Shown here: piece by piece, positions 17,986 through 27,630 of the stretch
How positions within the stretch are numbered: the stretch's first letter is position 1
How the letters are laid out: every line of letters starts with the position of its first letter
NCBI GenBank assembly: GCA_964570185.1
Contig: CAZMXD010000002.1
Span: 1-34,022 of the forward strand
Direction: 5' to 3'
Length of the DNA stretch: 34,022 bases
From: an uncultured Nitrospina sp.
Lineage (GTDB): Bacteria; Nitrospinota; Nitrospinia; Nitrospinales; VA-1
Translations under genes and position numbers: made by a program
Notes under the pieces: generated by a model
Seen by the model: the letters and a program-made list of their open reading frames with translations, nothing else
What the model was told of the DNA's origin: nothing
Databases searched by the model: none

Positions 17986-18699
17986 ATGCTTAAAGGTTCT
18001 TCAAAAATATTTGTATTTATTATAGTTCTTTTAATTACTTTTTTTTCTGCTTGGAATACTGCATTCTCAAACACCATGGTTTTAGTTCCATCAGGCTCCT
18101 TTTTAATGGGTGGAGAGTCTGAGACAGATCAGGTTCCGATCCACGAAGTTTTTCTGGATAGCTTCTATATTGATGTGAAGGAAGTAACTCAAGGGGAGTA
18201 TGAAATTGTAATGGGTTTTAATCCATCCGAGGATAAAGGTGTCGATCTCCCTGTTGAATCTCTTGATTGGTTTGAAGCAAATGATTATTGCCGAATACTA
18301 GGCAAACGGTTACCGACGGAAGCCGAATGGGAGAAAGCGATACGGGGCGATACCAAGACCAAGTTTTTCTGGGGAAATAAGATGAATGCGAGGTTTTCTT
18401 GGTTCAAAGGAAATTCAAATGGTAAAACCCATCCTGTTGGAACCAGAATACCTAATTCGTATGGAATCTATGATATGTCAGGCAATGTTTGGGAATGGGT
18501 TTCTGATTGGTACGGTAAAAGCTATTACAAAAACAGCCCCTACTCCAACCCGCAAGGGCCAAAAACAGGGGAATTCAAGGTCCAGAGAGGAGGCTCCTGG
18601 TCTAACATTGCAGACTACCATTCCTCAAGCTATAGAATGGTATACGGTCCTGAAGGAAAAGATGAATTCAATGGTTTCAGGTGCGCAAAATCAAAATAA
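17986..18699 (+). CDS. Exported FGE-sulfatase (SUMF1-like) domain protein
   Basis: Signal peptide; GSFLMG, KEVT, KRLPTEAEWEKA, YDMSGNVWEW, RGGSW, GFRC. Confidence 0.92.
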   Translation: MLKGSSKIFVFIIVLLITFFSAWNTAFSNTMVLVPSGSFLMGGESETDQVPIHEVFLDSFYIDVKEVTQGEYEIVMGFNPSEDKGVDLPVESLDWFEANDYCRILGKRLPTEAEWEKAIRGDTKTKFFWGNKMNARFSWFKGNSNGKTHPVGTRIPNSYGIYDMSGNVWEWVSDWYGKSYYKNSPYSNPQGPKTGEFKVQRGGSWSNIADYHSSSYRMVYGPEGKDEFNGFRCAKSK

Positions 18700-18931
18700 C
18701 TATGGCGTATAAAAAATTTGGGGTTTTCGATTGTTAAAGCGGTTAGCGCAACTGGTGAATGCTCTGATGGGATATCCATACACCGAACCAAAAAATAGCA
18801 AAAAGGAGCCAGCCCCACCATCTTATTTTTGCCTGTCTATTCGGTTTTATTTTCCAATCTTTATTAGATTTCATTCGTCAATATTATTTCAGTTTATTCA
18901 TTAAGTACAGGTTTAATAACAGGAGGAGATA

Positions 18932-19183
18932 ATGCAATCTTCAATGCAAACCACAATAGAATCCACGGGGGTTTTAAGCGATTTACTCTATCTTATTACG
19001 GGAGGTTATATAGGGCTTTTCCTGCTTGGCCTTGTAACTATGGTTCTATTTTTCTTTTTACCGTTCTTTATATTTGGAATATGGAATCAAACTAAACGAA
19101 CAAATAAAAATTTACAAAAGCTCATTGAAGTGGTTCAGGTTTGCGAAAACAGGTTAAAACTGCTGGAGAAAGATCCTGAATAA
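18932..19183 (+). CDS. Small membrane protein
   Basis: AGGAG RBS; one long hydrophobic segment and a coiled-coil-like tail. Confidence 0.65.
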   Translation: MQSSMQTTIESTGVLSDLLYLITGGYIGLFLLGLVTMVLFFFLPFFIFGIWNQTKRTNKNLQKLIEVVQVCENRLKLLEKDPE

Positions 19184-19289
19184 CTGGAAGAGGGGCTTAA
19201 TTTATAATGTGTCGTTGAAGGTATTGGCTATTTTCCAAAAAAATTCCTCCGGTTGCTTGAAACGTTGCGTCACTGATATTTGATAAGGC

Positions 19290-19330
19290 AAAAAAATGGG
19301 CTACGGTTTTCACCGTAACCCATTCTTTTT
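19290..19330. terminator. Bidirectional intrinsic terminator
   Basis: aatgggctacgg-ttttca-ccgtaacccatt hairpin flanked by A7 and T-rich tracts. Confidence 0.75.
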
Positions 19331-19633
19331 ATGTTCAGCGAATAAAGGCAGGGAAATCTAAGAAACGTATTGAAAGTTTAAATTTTATTTGCATTAGGGC
19401 GGTGGAACGATCAGCCTCTTATCAATAAATGATTATTATTGAGAAAAATTAATAACCTGGAGAGGGAGTGAATTATTCTTGTTTTATAAGATTTAACAGT
19501 TTTTAATTTTTTTATTAAATCTTTATAAATAGAATAAGTTAATTATGTAAAATTAAATTGTGTTTGGTTATAGAATTTTAAAGAAATATTCCTATAGGAA
19601 TTATTCAGATTTTGTTGTATAAGAATCCTTTTT

Positions 19634-19649
19634 TACCTCATTAGGGGTA
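19634..19649. promoter_or_regulatory. NarL/LuxR-type 7-2-7 inverted repeat
   Basis: TACCTCA-TT-AGGGGTA versus NarL consensus TACYYMT-NN-AKRRGTA; lies upstream of a LuxR-HTH gene. Confidence 0.5.
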
Positions 19650-19716
19650 GTTATTGAACCCCTGAGAACCCTTTTGCGATTATATTTGGAGCAATATTGG
19701 TTGGATTAACCTTTTT

Positions 19717-20892
19717 TTGATAGGAAGCTTTTTAGTAATGAATAGATTTGTAACAATCAATGAAATAATGCCTGAAAGTTTTTTAGATCCAGAGAGTGCT
19801 TTAAGTCATGCAGATGATAACGCCATAATTTTTAACATCCAAACCAATAAAATACTATTAGCTAATACATCAGCTTGTCAAACCCTTGGATACAAAAAAA
19901 ATGAAATAATTGACGCTGACGTGAGTACTATTATTTCCACACGCTTTTCCCCCGTTAAAATCCAAGAGCCTAAGTATGGCAAAAAAATATCAATAGATCT
20001 TTGCCAGTTTATTTCAAAATCCGGTTTTTCTTTTATTGCTGAAAGAATAAACCGGGAAATTAAAATTGATAATCAAACCTATCAGCTTATTTGTTTTAAA
20101 GGTTTGGCTGAAATAGTTAGTGATTCGGCCAATAAAAATAAAGCTAAAGGATTAGCACCTTTTTATAAAAAGATTTTAGATATAAACCAAGAAGTTCTTT
20201 GTGTTAATCAGGATATGTTTTTTAAAAATATGGTTTATAGTCTATCCAATAAACTTAATGTCCGTTGGGTTATGGTTTGTAAATTAATACAGTCGTCTGG
20301 ACCCAAAAAATCTCAAATTCTTTCATTATGGGACCAGTCAAAATTTCAAAGTGAAATAGTTTATGACCTAAAAGGAACTCCATGCGAAAAAGCATATAAA
20401 ACCAATGAAGTAATTTTTTGTGATAAAGATGTAATAAAGTTGTTTCCAAAAGATTTATTAGCTATTGATTGGGGTGTAGAATCTTATTTGGGAGTACCTA
20501 TTCTTTCAGATAACGGTGACCCGCTAGGTTTAATGATCGCTATGGATGACAAACCCATGCATAAAGACCAATATATGGAATACAGAGCCATCATGGAGTT
20601 TTTTAGTTTGCGGTGTGCAAATGAAATTATTTTAGACGCAAATAAGCATAAAATAAAATTTATTCAACCTCTTAAGGACCGATTAGAATCTTCTAAAAAG
20701 TATAAACCTCTTAGCAAGCGAGAATGCGAGGTTTTTAATTATCTTGCTTCTGGATTATCCAGCAAATCCATAGCGGAAAAAATATCCGTTACCCTCCCTA
20801 CCGTTAAGTTTCACCTCAAAAATATATATAAAAAACTAGATTTAAAGGGCAGAAAAGGGGTTTTAAAACTTTATGCTCAACATAGCGCATAG
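19717..20892 (+). CDS. PAS-GAF-LuxR(HTH) one-component transcriptional regulator
   Basis: PAS: ILLANTSACQTLGY; GAF: YDLKGTPC...FPKD...ESYLGVP; HTH: LSKRECEVF..LASGLSSKSIA....TVKFHLKNIYKKL; start may be ATG 19738. Confidence 0.9.
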   Translation: MIGSFLVMNRFVTINEIMPESFLDPESALSHADDNAIIFNIQTNKILLANTSACQTLGYKKNEIIDADVSTIISTRFSPVKIQEPKYGKKISIDLCQFISKSGFSFIAERINREIKIDNQTYQLICFKGLAEIVSDSANKNKAKGLAPFYKKILDINQEVLCVNQDMFFKNMVYSLSNKLNVRWVMVCKLIQSSGPKKSQILSLWDQSKFQSEIVYDLKGTPCEKAYKTNEVIFCDKDVIKLFPKDLLAIDWGVESYLGVPILSDNGDPLGLMIAMDDKPMHKDQYMEYRAIMEFFSLRCANEIILDANKHKIKFIQPLKDRLESSKKYKPLSKRECEVFNYLASGLSSKSIAEKISVTLPTVKFHLKNIYKKLDLKGRKGVLKLYAQHSA

Positions 20893-21293
20893 ATAAATTT
20901 ATAATAAAAAATAGTAGTTCAAGGTCATAATTAAGTTTCTCCATTCCTTAAATCGACTTGATTATCTTGCTTTTCCCGCACTATAGTTTCTGGCTGTCAC
21001 AATCTCCGATCACATTACATAAGCAGATCAAAAAGTAATGCGCTAAAGAATACTTGGAAATCTTATGTGCAAAAAAAGAGAGCACAAGTAATTAAGTTTT
21101 TATTTTCAATAGAATTAAATATTTTTAGAATATAGTTTATTTTCCAGGCAAATGACCTACACTATTCTTGCAACTATTGTGCTTGGGAGTTGTTAAAAAC
21201 TTTTGCTAACAGTTTTTCCGAAAAAGATTTTAGTGAGTAAAAAGTCAAGCATAATTTATGAAACTCAATTTTTAAATACTTATTCATTAAATC

Positions 21294-22145
21294 ATGACGG
21301 TTCATTTCATATATCGTGTTATTGCGATTTTATTTTTTCTGCTGATCCTCAACTCCTGCAGCAAAACTCGATTACTTTATAATAATGCTGATTTGTTTCT
21401 TCTTAATCAATTTGATATTTATTTTGATTTGAATGATACACAGAGATCAAATCTCAAAATAAGTATTACTAAGTTTTTGGATTGGCATCGCAAATCAGAA
21501 CTTGATTTGCTGGCAGTGCGTCTTAAGCAGTTAAAGTTGCGTTACAAAAGGGGGATCAGAGAGGAAGATTTTAATTGGATTTTTGAGCAGTATGATATTT
21601 TCCGGAAAAGAATTTTATATAAGATCGAACCTGATTTGGCGGCCTTTTTTTTAACTCTTGAAGAAAATCAGATTCGACATATGGAAAAAAAAATACTTGA
21701 GCGGGACGACTGGTTGACAAAACAAAATAGTATGACCGATGATGAAGCTTATGAGGAAACTTTCCAGTGGTTTTGCGACAGCTTGGAAAACTGGTTGGGT
21801 GATTTAAAATCTGACCAACGAGATAAGATTGCCTCGTGGTTGCGGATTGATCGAAATTGGATCGTAATTCAATTGGAAAACCGAATAAAAAAACAGAATC
21901 TTTTTGGACGTTTATTAAGGTCGAAAGAAAACATATCGGAAGGCTTGCATAAAATATTGCATCAACCTGAAGCTTATTGGATTCATTCCTTTAAAGAAAA
22001 GGCAGAAGACAAGAAAAAAGAGTGGAAAACAATTTTGTTGCAAGTAGATGCTATTACTTTGCCCACCCAGAGGGAAAATGCGGCAAATGAGTTACAACGT
22101 TATATTGACGATTTCCTTTTTCTCAGCCAAGAAAACGCCAGTTGA
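21294..22145 (+). CDS. DUF6279-like lipoprotein
   Basis: Lipobox LNSC; LLYNNAD.....IYFDL...Q and FLDWHRKSEL motifs. Confidence 0.75.
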   Translation: MTVHFIYRVIAILFFLLILNSCSKTRLLYNNADLFLLNQFDIYFDLNDTQRSNLKISITKFLDWHRKSELDLLAVRLKQLKLRYKRGIREEDFNWIFEQYDIFRKRILYKIEPDLAAFFLTLEENQIRHMEKKILERDDWLTKQNSMTDDEAYEETFQWFCDSLENWLGDLKSDQRDKIASWLRIDRNWIVIQLENRIKKQNLFGRLLRSKENISEGLHKILHQPEAYWIHSFKEKAEDKKKEWKTILLQVDAITLPTQRENAANELQRYIDDFLFLSQENAS

Positions 22146-22203
22146 AAATCTTACAAATCTAATTATGGCAGGGTTTTTATTTTATAAGTGAATTAAAATC
22201 AAA

Positions 22204-25200
22204 CTAGCTTGATTCCTCTTTTTCTTCATCATCCTCGCTAGATTCTTCTGAAGATTCCTCAGTGGATCCTCCTTCTGATTTTTCTCCAGATCCATCCGCA
22301 TCGGCTGTTTCTTCAGATCCACCCCCTTCAGAACTTTCTCCAGAACCGCCCTCTCCAGATTTTCCTCCGGGTCCGCCTCCTTCAGATTTTCCTCCTGAAC
22401 CGCCACCCGATTTCGCGCTTGTTGAACCGCCGGCCGGTTTTGCGCTGGGAGCCCTAACCGGCTGCGCACTTGATGAACCACCCGGTTTTACACTTGGACT
22501 TACTGCAGGTGCCGCCGCTGGAGCGGCCTTACTTGAAATTCCGATCAGGGGCGCGGACTGGCTTGGAATAGCTGCGGATCGAGCCCCAGGTAAAGCTACG
22601 CCGCCGCCTGGCCGAGCTCCGGAGAACCCTTGGCTGGCAGTCGGCGGGGGCGCCATAGGCAGCGCAACCAGCACCGTCATCTGCTTGAGCAGTTTTTCTC
22701 TCATGACAATGATTTTATCCTTAGGTAAATTACTGGTGCCCAGGACGGTTACCTTGCCAAGCGTCGTTACTTTACCTACCTTAGCGTTTGCTCTTAAATT
22801 ACCGCCAATAAAACTACCTCTTGTTAATTTTAAATTGCGATCATTTAAAATAGTTGCATGACCCCTTCCATGGGTAGTAAGTCGAACATTTCCGTCAACT
22901 GCCAGTGTATTCAGGTTGATCATACCGCTGTTGGCATCGGTTTTTACGGAAAGATTACCGCCAACAGTTACCTTGCCGCTATCCCAAATTCCCAGTTTAT
23001 TTCCGCTTGTTAACGTCATGTTGCCGCCCACTGATGATGTCCCAATGTTAAGAGCGCTCGTTCCATTATCTAGCGTGGCATGGCCCGTTCTTCCGGTTGT
23101 GTTCAAACTAACTGCGCCAATGAATGACTTGGTCGTGTTGTTGATAATAATATCAGCGTTTTTGGCAATCGTTGTCAGACTCGAAGTTCCCCCGATAGAA
23201 AGCGGGGCACTATCCGTGATGTTTCCCGTGGTGGCGGTTGCGGAAAGATTTCCGCCAACCGTAGATGTTGCCAACTCTAATCCCGCATCATTTACAACGG
23301 TCGCATTACCGCTTCCGTTTGTCGTAAGGGCCACCGTCCCATCAACCGCCAGCGTACCCAGATTGATCACACCGTTGTTCGCATCCGTCGTTGCAGCAAG
23401 ATTTCCACCCACGGTCACTGTACCGCTATCCGTAATACCTGCCGCTGCTCCACTCGTTACGGCCAGACTGCCTCCCACATTTGAAGCGGCAAGGTCTAAA
23501 TTAGCCGTCCCATTATCAAGCGTCGCGTTACCTGAACCATTTGTATTCAAGGCAACGGTTCCCGTGACCGTCGTCGTACCCAGATTGATCACACCATTGT
23601 TCGCATCCGTAGTTGCAGCAAGATTTCCACCCACGGTCACTGTACCGCTATCCGTAATACCTGCCGCTGCTCCACTCGTTACAGTCAGGTTACCTCCCAC
23701 ATTTGAAGCGGCAAGGTCTAAATTAGCAGTGCCATTATCAAGCGTTGCGTTACCCGAACCATTCGTATTCAATGCAACCGTTCCCGTTACTGTAGTCGTA
23801 CCCAGATTGATCACACCGTTGTTCGCATCCGTCGTTGCAGCAAGATTTCCACCCACGGTCACTGTACCGCTATCCGTAATACCTGCCGCTGCTCCACTCG
23901 TTACAGTCAGACTGCCTCCCACATTTGAAGCGGCCATATTAAGAGCGGTCGTTCCATTATCAAGGGTCGCATGACCCGTCAACCCGGTTGTATTCAAACT
24001 AACCGCACCAGTGAGTGCGTTGGTCGTGCTATCGATAGCAATATCTGCGTTAGTGACACTCGTTGTAAAAGAGGAAGTACCGGAAATGGTTAATACCCCG
24101 TTATCTACAATATCTCTACTAACCTTGCCATAGGTGCCTCCACTGTTGGTGGCAACCAGGCTGCCTGCCGTAATATTGCTTAAAGTAATGTCACCACTTG
24201 TTCGATTTGTTTTTCCCGTGCCTGGCTTAATCTCTGAAGTAAATGCACCCGTGCCGGTGTTCATCGTCGTACCCGATGCTAATGTGATTACCGCCGCGCC
24301 CGAGTCGCGTTGAGCATCAACAACACCATTACTGCCGTCGGCATTATTGGTATTATCATTTGCTATTAACGAAAGATCACCATTGTCTGTCGTAATATTT
24401 GCGTTGACGAGGACAGAACGGCCGGCCTGCAAGGTTAAGTCACCGCCATCACCGCCGGAGTTGCTTGCGGTTATGGCTTCCGAGACCGTGATGTCGTTGT
24501 TGGCTTGCATAACAACATTGGTTCCGGCAGACAACAACGTGGTGACCGTGTCAGGAGTGATTGTGGAATTGCTTGAAGAGTTTGTTGCGAAGACAGCCGA
24601 ACTGACCGCATCCCCGGCCGGAGCAGCGGTGTAAAGGTAGACTTCGCCTGAATTACTCCTGCTATTGCTATTGCCATCGCCACGACTTGCACCGACCGCT
24701 AAACGATTATCATCCAAAGAGACATTCCACCCAAAGTAATCACTGGCATCTAAGGAGGATTGGTTTACATTTTTTCCGCCGGTAAAACCACCACCGATTA
24801 TTGCATCAAGCTCACCCCCGCTGAACACGCTGTCTGTAAATGTAAAGACAAAAGCTTGACCTGAACCCCCTTTATCGTGTTCGCCTTCGCAGTGAAAGCA
24901 GCCAGTAACCAACGTATTTCCATCCAGTGAGACTCCGACTCCATTATTGGGATATGTGTTAGAAAATTGACCGGTAAGGCTTATATTCTTACCGCCCGTG
25001 TAACCAACCCCGATCATCCCGGCAAGAGTGGGATTACTGAATGCGCTGTCTGAAAAGGTGAAAAGATAAATATCGCCGGAATTAGCGTAGCTATTGTTGT
25101 GGCCGTTAGCCCATCTTGCTCCTACCACTAACCGGTTCCCGTCCAGCGAAACCGAGGAGAAGACATCGCTGCCATCAAGGTCCTGGTTAAAATTTTTCCC

Positions 25201-27630
25201 GCCGGTATAACCCTCACCAATGGTGGCGGCAAGTTCACCCCCGCTGAATACGCTGTCCGTGAAAGTGTAAAGACGGACTTCGCCAGAGCTACTTTGCCGA
25301 TTGTCCAAACCATCACCATAGTAGGCACCTACCGCTAAACGGGTTCCATCCAATGAAACAGAATAACCAAAGCGATCATCTGTGTCTAATGTCTGATTAA
25401 TATTCTTACCGCCGGTGTAGCCGTGCCCGATCATCCCGGCAAGAGAACCGCCGCTAAATGCGTTGTCACTGAAGGTATAGAGATAAACCTCTCCTGAATT
25501 CGATCGACTGTTGTTCGATCCGTCACCTGTCCATGCCCCTACGACGAGTCGATTTCCGTCTAAAGACACTCCGGTACCAAAATAATCTGAATTACCCAGG
25601 CTTTGGTTTATATTTTTACCGCCAGTGTAGCCGTCACCAATCATAGCCTCAAGCGTTGCCCCGCTAAAGGATGAATCCGTAAAAGAGTAAAGATAGACTT
25701 CGCCTGAGTTAGACCTGCCATTGTTGTTACCGTCACCAGCATAAGACCAGCCAGCTGAACCTACCGCTAAACGGTTTCCGTCTAATGAAACAGCTGCACC
25801 AAAACCATCGCTAGTATCTAGGCCCTGGTTAAAGTTCTTACCACCGCTGTAACCATGTCCCATCATTGCGGCCAGGCTGAAGGCCCCTGTTCCAACCCCT
25901 GAGGAAGTGATAGTGATATTTTTTGGATCAAGAAGCAGCTGTCCGCGTCGGTCATCGATACCGGTAAGAACTTTCGCCCCGAAGGTCAATGTGTCGGCTG
26001 AAGAAACCTCTACGAAACCGCCCGCACCTGTTTGAGTTCCCGGCTTAACATCCAATTGGCCAAATACTGCTGCCTGCTCATCAGCCCAGACAATGACGCG
26101 CCCGCCCGAACCATCAGTGCCCGTGGTTTTTGCCGCAACTTGGGAGGCATCCGTCATGAGAAGCGTTTGCGCGTTTTTAATTTCATCCACGGAAAGGTTT
26201 TTGCCGCCTTGATATTCACCACCTAAACGGATCGTGCCGCCTCCCTTTGTTCCGGAGGCATCGATGGTGTTGGATAAAAACTTGAGTGCGGATGCCGTAA
26301 CATCAATACTTCCGCCCTTGCCGTCGGTACCTAGAGCAAAATATTTTCCGGATGTTTGAATTTCCTGCCGGGTAAAATGTTTAATCGAGCCTCCTGTTGC
26401 TCCTGTAACATCAAGCAATGCGTCCACATTTTCCCATGACCTTGAAAGGGTTTTGATATCGATGCTGCCGCCTTGGCCCGTGGTGCCCTGGGCCAGAATA
26501 GGTGCCGCAATGGAAAGGCCACCTGCTGTCAATTTAATATTGCCCCCGCTATCGCCGCTCACATCCATTTGTCCGCCTATGCTGAGCCAGTTGGCACCAA
26601 CGATGGTGATGTCACCGCCTTTCGCGCCTTTGCCCCTGGCTTGAATCAGCCCCTTATCGATGGTGACACTTGCACCCTGTACAAAAATTTCACCACCCGA
26701 ATCTCCCGAATTTTCTCCGGAAGCGTTTAATTTGCCCGCGATATTTACTTTCCCTTCATCTCCTCCACCGAGAAAAATTCGCCCATCTTTTTTGACAACC
26801 GTGTTCGCTTCTATCATCCCCTCCATATTGATGACATTTCTTATAATTTCGCTGGCGTTTCTAGCAGTCAGTATGGCCTGTCCCCCCTTCGCCTGGATGG
26901 AACCCGAGTTTGAGATCTGGTCGTTGATCAGGTTGCCGTCCTTGTCCAGAACCTGTCCCTGTACCGGTCTGTCGACGGTAAAAGCAATGAGCTCGTTTCC
27001 GATAAAATCGACGGTTACGGCTTCACCTGATGCGATACCCACCGTGCCCAGGTTTGCCACAACCACTCCCTTGTTATTGACCGATGGAGCAATCAAGGCA
27101 GCGAATTCGGAGGCATGGATCTTGCCCTCGTTTAATATCGCTGCCAACGGCCTGCTGGGATCCGAGGAGAATTTGTAGAGGCCATCTATAAAGTCCTGTT
27201 CAGATATTTTAAGGGTGCTTGCGATCAGGCTGGCCACGTTAATATTGGCAGTCGGCGAGATGTAGATACCGTTAGGATTACTTAAAACGATCTGGCCGTT
27301 TGCCGCAAGATTGCCTTCGACCACCGTTCGGCTGTTACCAAGAATATTGTTAAGAGCGGAGGAGTTGGAACCCGGCTGCAGGAAGATAACCGACTCATTG
27401 TTTCCTACACTAAAACTTTCCCAATTGATAACAATCTTGTCTGAGGTTTGAGTAACCGTCAGAGAGGGACCGGAACTTTCAATGGAACCCGCACCAGAGG
27501 AGATCACTCCGCCTTTAGGCAAGGCATACCCCAAGGTTGGAAACCCGCCAATCAGATAAACCAAAAAACCGATCAGGAAACGGGTTATTTTGTGCCTACG
27601 TCTGAGATCATAATCCAGCACACGAAACAT
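22204..27630 (-). CDS. TpsA / filamentous haemagglutinin family exoprotein with FG-GAP repeats
   Basis: Signal peptide ending GYA-LP; TPS motifs INWESFSV and NPNGI; Gly/Ser/Thr beta-helix; six FG-GAP repeats; adjacent tpsB. Confidence 0.93.
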   Translation of the reverse strand: MFRVLDYDLRRRHKITRFLIGFLVYLIGGFPTLGYALPKGGVISSGAGSIESSGPSLTVTQTSDKIVINWESFSVGNNESVIFLQPGSNSSALNNILGNSRTVVEGNLAANGQIVLSNPNGIYISPTANINVASLIASTLKISEQDFIDGLYKFSSDPSRPLAAILNEGKIHASEFAALIAPSVNNKGVVVANLGTVGIASGEAVTVDFIGNELIAFTVDRPVQGQVLDKDGNLINDQISNSGSIQAKGGQAILTARNASEIIRNVINMEGMIEANTVVKKDGRIFLGGGDEGKVNIAGKLNASGENSGDSGGEIFVQGASVTIDKGLIQARGKGAKGGDITIVGANWLSIGGQMDVSGDSGGNIKLTAGGLSIAAPILAQGTTGQGGSIDIKTLSRSWENVDALLDVTGATGGSIKHFTRQEIQTSGKYFALGTDGKGGSIDVTASALKFLSNTIDASGTKGGGTIRLGGEYQGGKNLSVDEIKNAQTLLMTDASQVAAKTTGTDGSGGRVIVWADEQAAVFGQLDVKPGTQTGAGGFVEVSSADTLTFGAKVLTGIDDRRGQLLLDPKNITITSSGVGTGAFSLAAMMGHGYSGGKNFNQGLDTSDGFGAAVSLDGNRLAVGSAGWSYAGDGNNNGRSNSGEVYLYSFTDSSFSGATLEAMIGDGYTGGKNINQSLGNSDYFGTGVSLDGNRLVVGAWTGDGSNNSRSNSGEVYLYTFSDNAFSGGSLAGMIGHGYTGGKNINQTLDTDDRFGYSVSLDGTRLAVGAYYGDGLDNRQSSSGEVRLYTFTDSVFSGGELAATIGEGYTGGKNFNQDLDGSDVFSSVSLDGNRLVVGARWANGHNNSYANSGDIYLFTFSDSAFSNPTLAGMIGVGYTGGKNISLTGQFSNTYPNNGVGVSLDGNTLVTGCFHCEGEHDKGGSGQAFVFTFTDSVFSGGELDAIIGGGFTGGKNVNQSSLDASDYFGWNVSLDDNRLAVGASRGDGNSNSRSNSGEVYLYTAAPAGDAVSSAVFATNSSSNSTITPDTVTTLLSAGTNVVMQANNDITVSEAITASNSGGDGGDLTLQAGRSVLVNANITTDNGDLSLIANDNTNNADGSNGVVDAQRDSGAAVITLASGTTMNTGTGAFTSEIKPGTGKTNRTSGDITLSNITAGSLVATNSGGTYGKVSRDIVDNGVLTISGTSSFTTSVTNADIAIDSTTNALTGAVSLNTTGLTGHATLDNGTTALNMAASNVGGSLTVTSGAAAGITDSGTVTVGGNLAATTDANNGVINLGTTTVTGTVALNTNGSGNATLDNGTANLDLAASNVGGNLTVTSGAAAGITDSGTVTVGGNLAATTDANNGVINLGTTTVTGTVALNTNGSGNATLDNGTANLDLAASNVGGSLAVTSGAAAGITDSGTVTVGGNLAATTDANNGVINLGTLAVDGTVALTTNGSGNATVVNDAGLELATSTVGGNLSATATTGNITDSAPLSIGGTSSLTTIAKNADIIINNTTKSFIGAVSLNTTGRTGHATLDNGTSALNIGTSSVGGNMTLTSGNKLGIWDSGKVTVGGNLSVKTDANSGMINLNTLAVDGNVRLTTHGRGHATILNDRNLKLTRGSFIGGNLRANAKVGKVTTLGKVTVLGTSNLPKDKIIVMREKLLKQMTVLVALPMAPPPTASQGFSGARPGGGVALPGARSAAIPSQSAPLIGISSKAAPAAAPAVSPSVKPGGSSSAQPVRAPSAKPAGGSTSAKSGGGSGGKSEGGGPGGKSGEGGSGESSEGGGSEETADADGSGEKSEGGSTEESSEESSEDDEEKEESS
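23305..23970 (-). repeat. Three near-identical 222-bp (74-aa) tandem repeats in tpsA; a diverged fourth copy at 22858-23079
   Basis: cagattgatcacacc recurs at 23359, 23581 and 23803. Confidence 0.93.
24630..25870 (-). repeat. Six ~70-aa FG-GAP (integrin-alpha-like) repeats in tpsA
   Basis: D.FG..VSLDGNRL.VGA...DG.NN.RSNSGEVYLYTF....GYTGGKN.NQ repeated six times. Confidence 0.88.

Noticed and set aside
17986-18699. FGE-domain protein as EgtB partner of the EgtD-like gene, or as a DGR target
   Set aside because: It has a signal peptide, lacks the DinB-like domain with HxxxH and is 10 kb away; no reverse transcriptase or template repeat was seen
24889-24900. CFHC as a c-type heme site
   Set aside because: Followed by Glu, so not CxxCH
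22262-27178. Long plus-strand ORFs opposite tpsA (199, 352, 172 aa and others)
   Set aside because: Antisense shadows of Gly/Thr/Asn-rich repetitive codons; no RBS or family motifs
22204-27630. Higher GC of tpsA as proof of horizontal transfer, or the locus as a CDI toxin system
   Set aside because: Gly/Ala/Thr bias can explain the GC; no mobility genes, VENN motif, toxin domain or immunity gene
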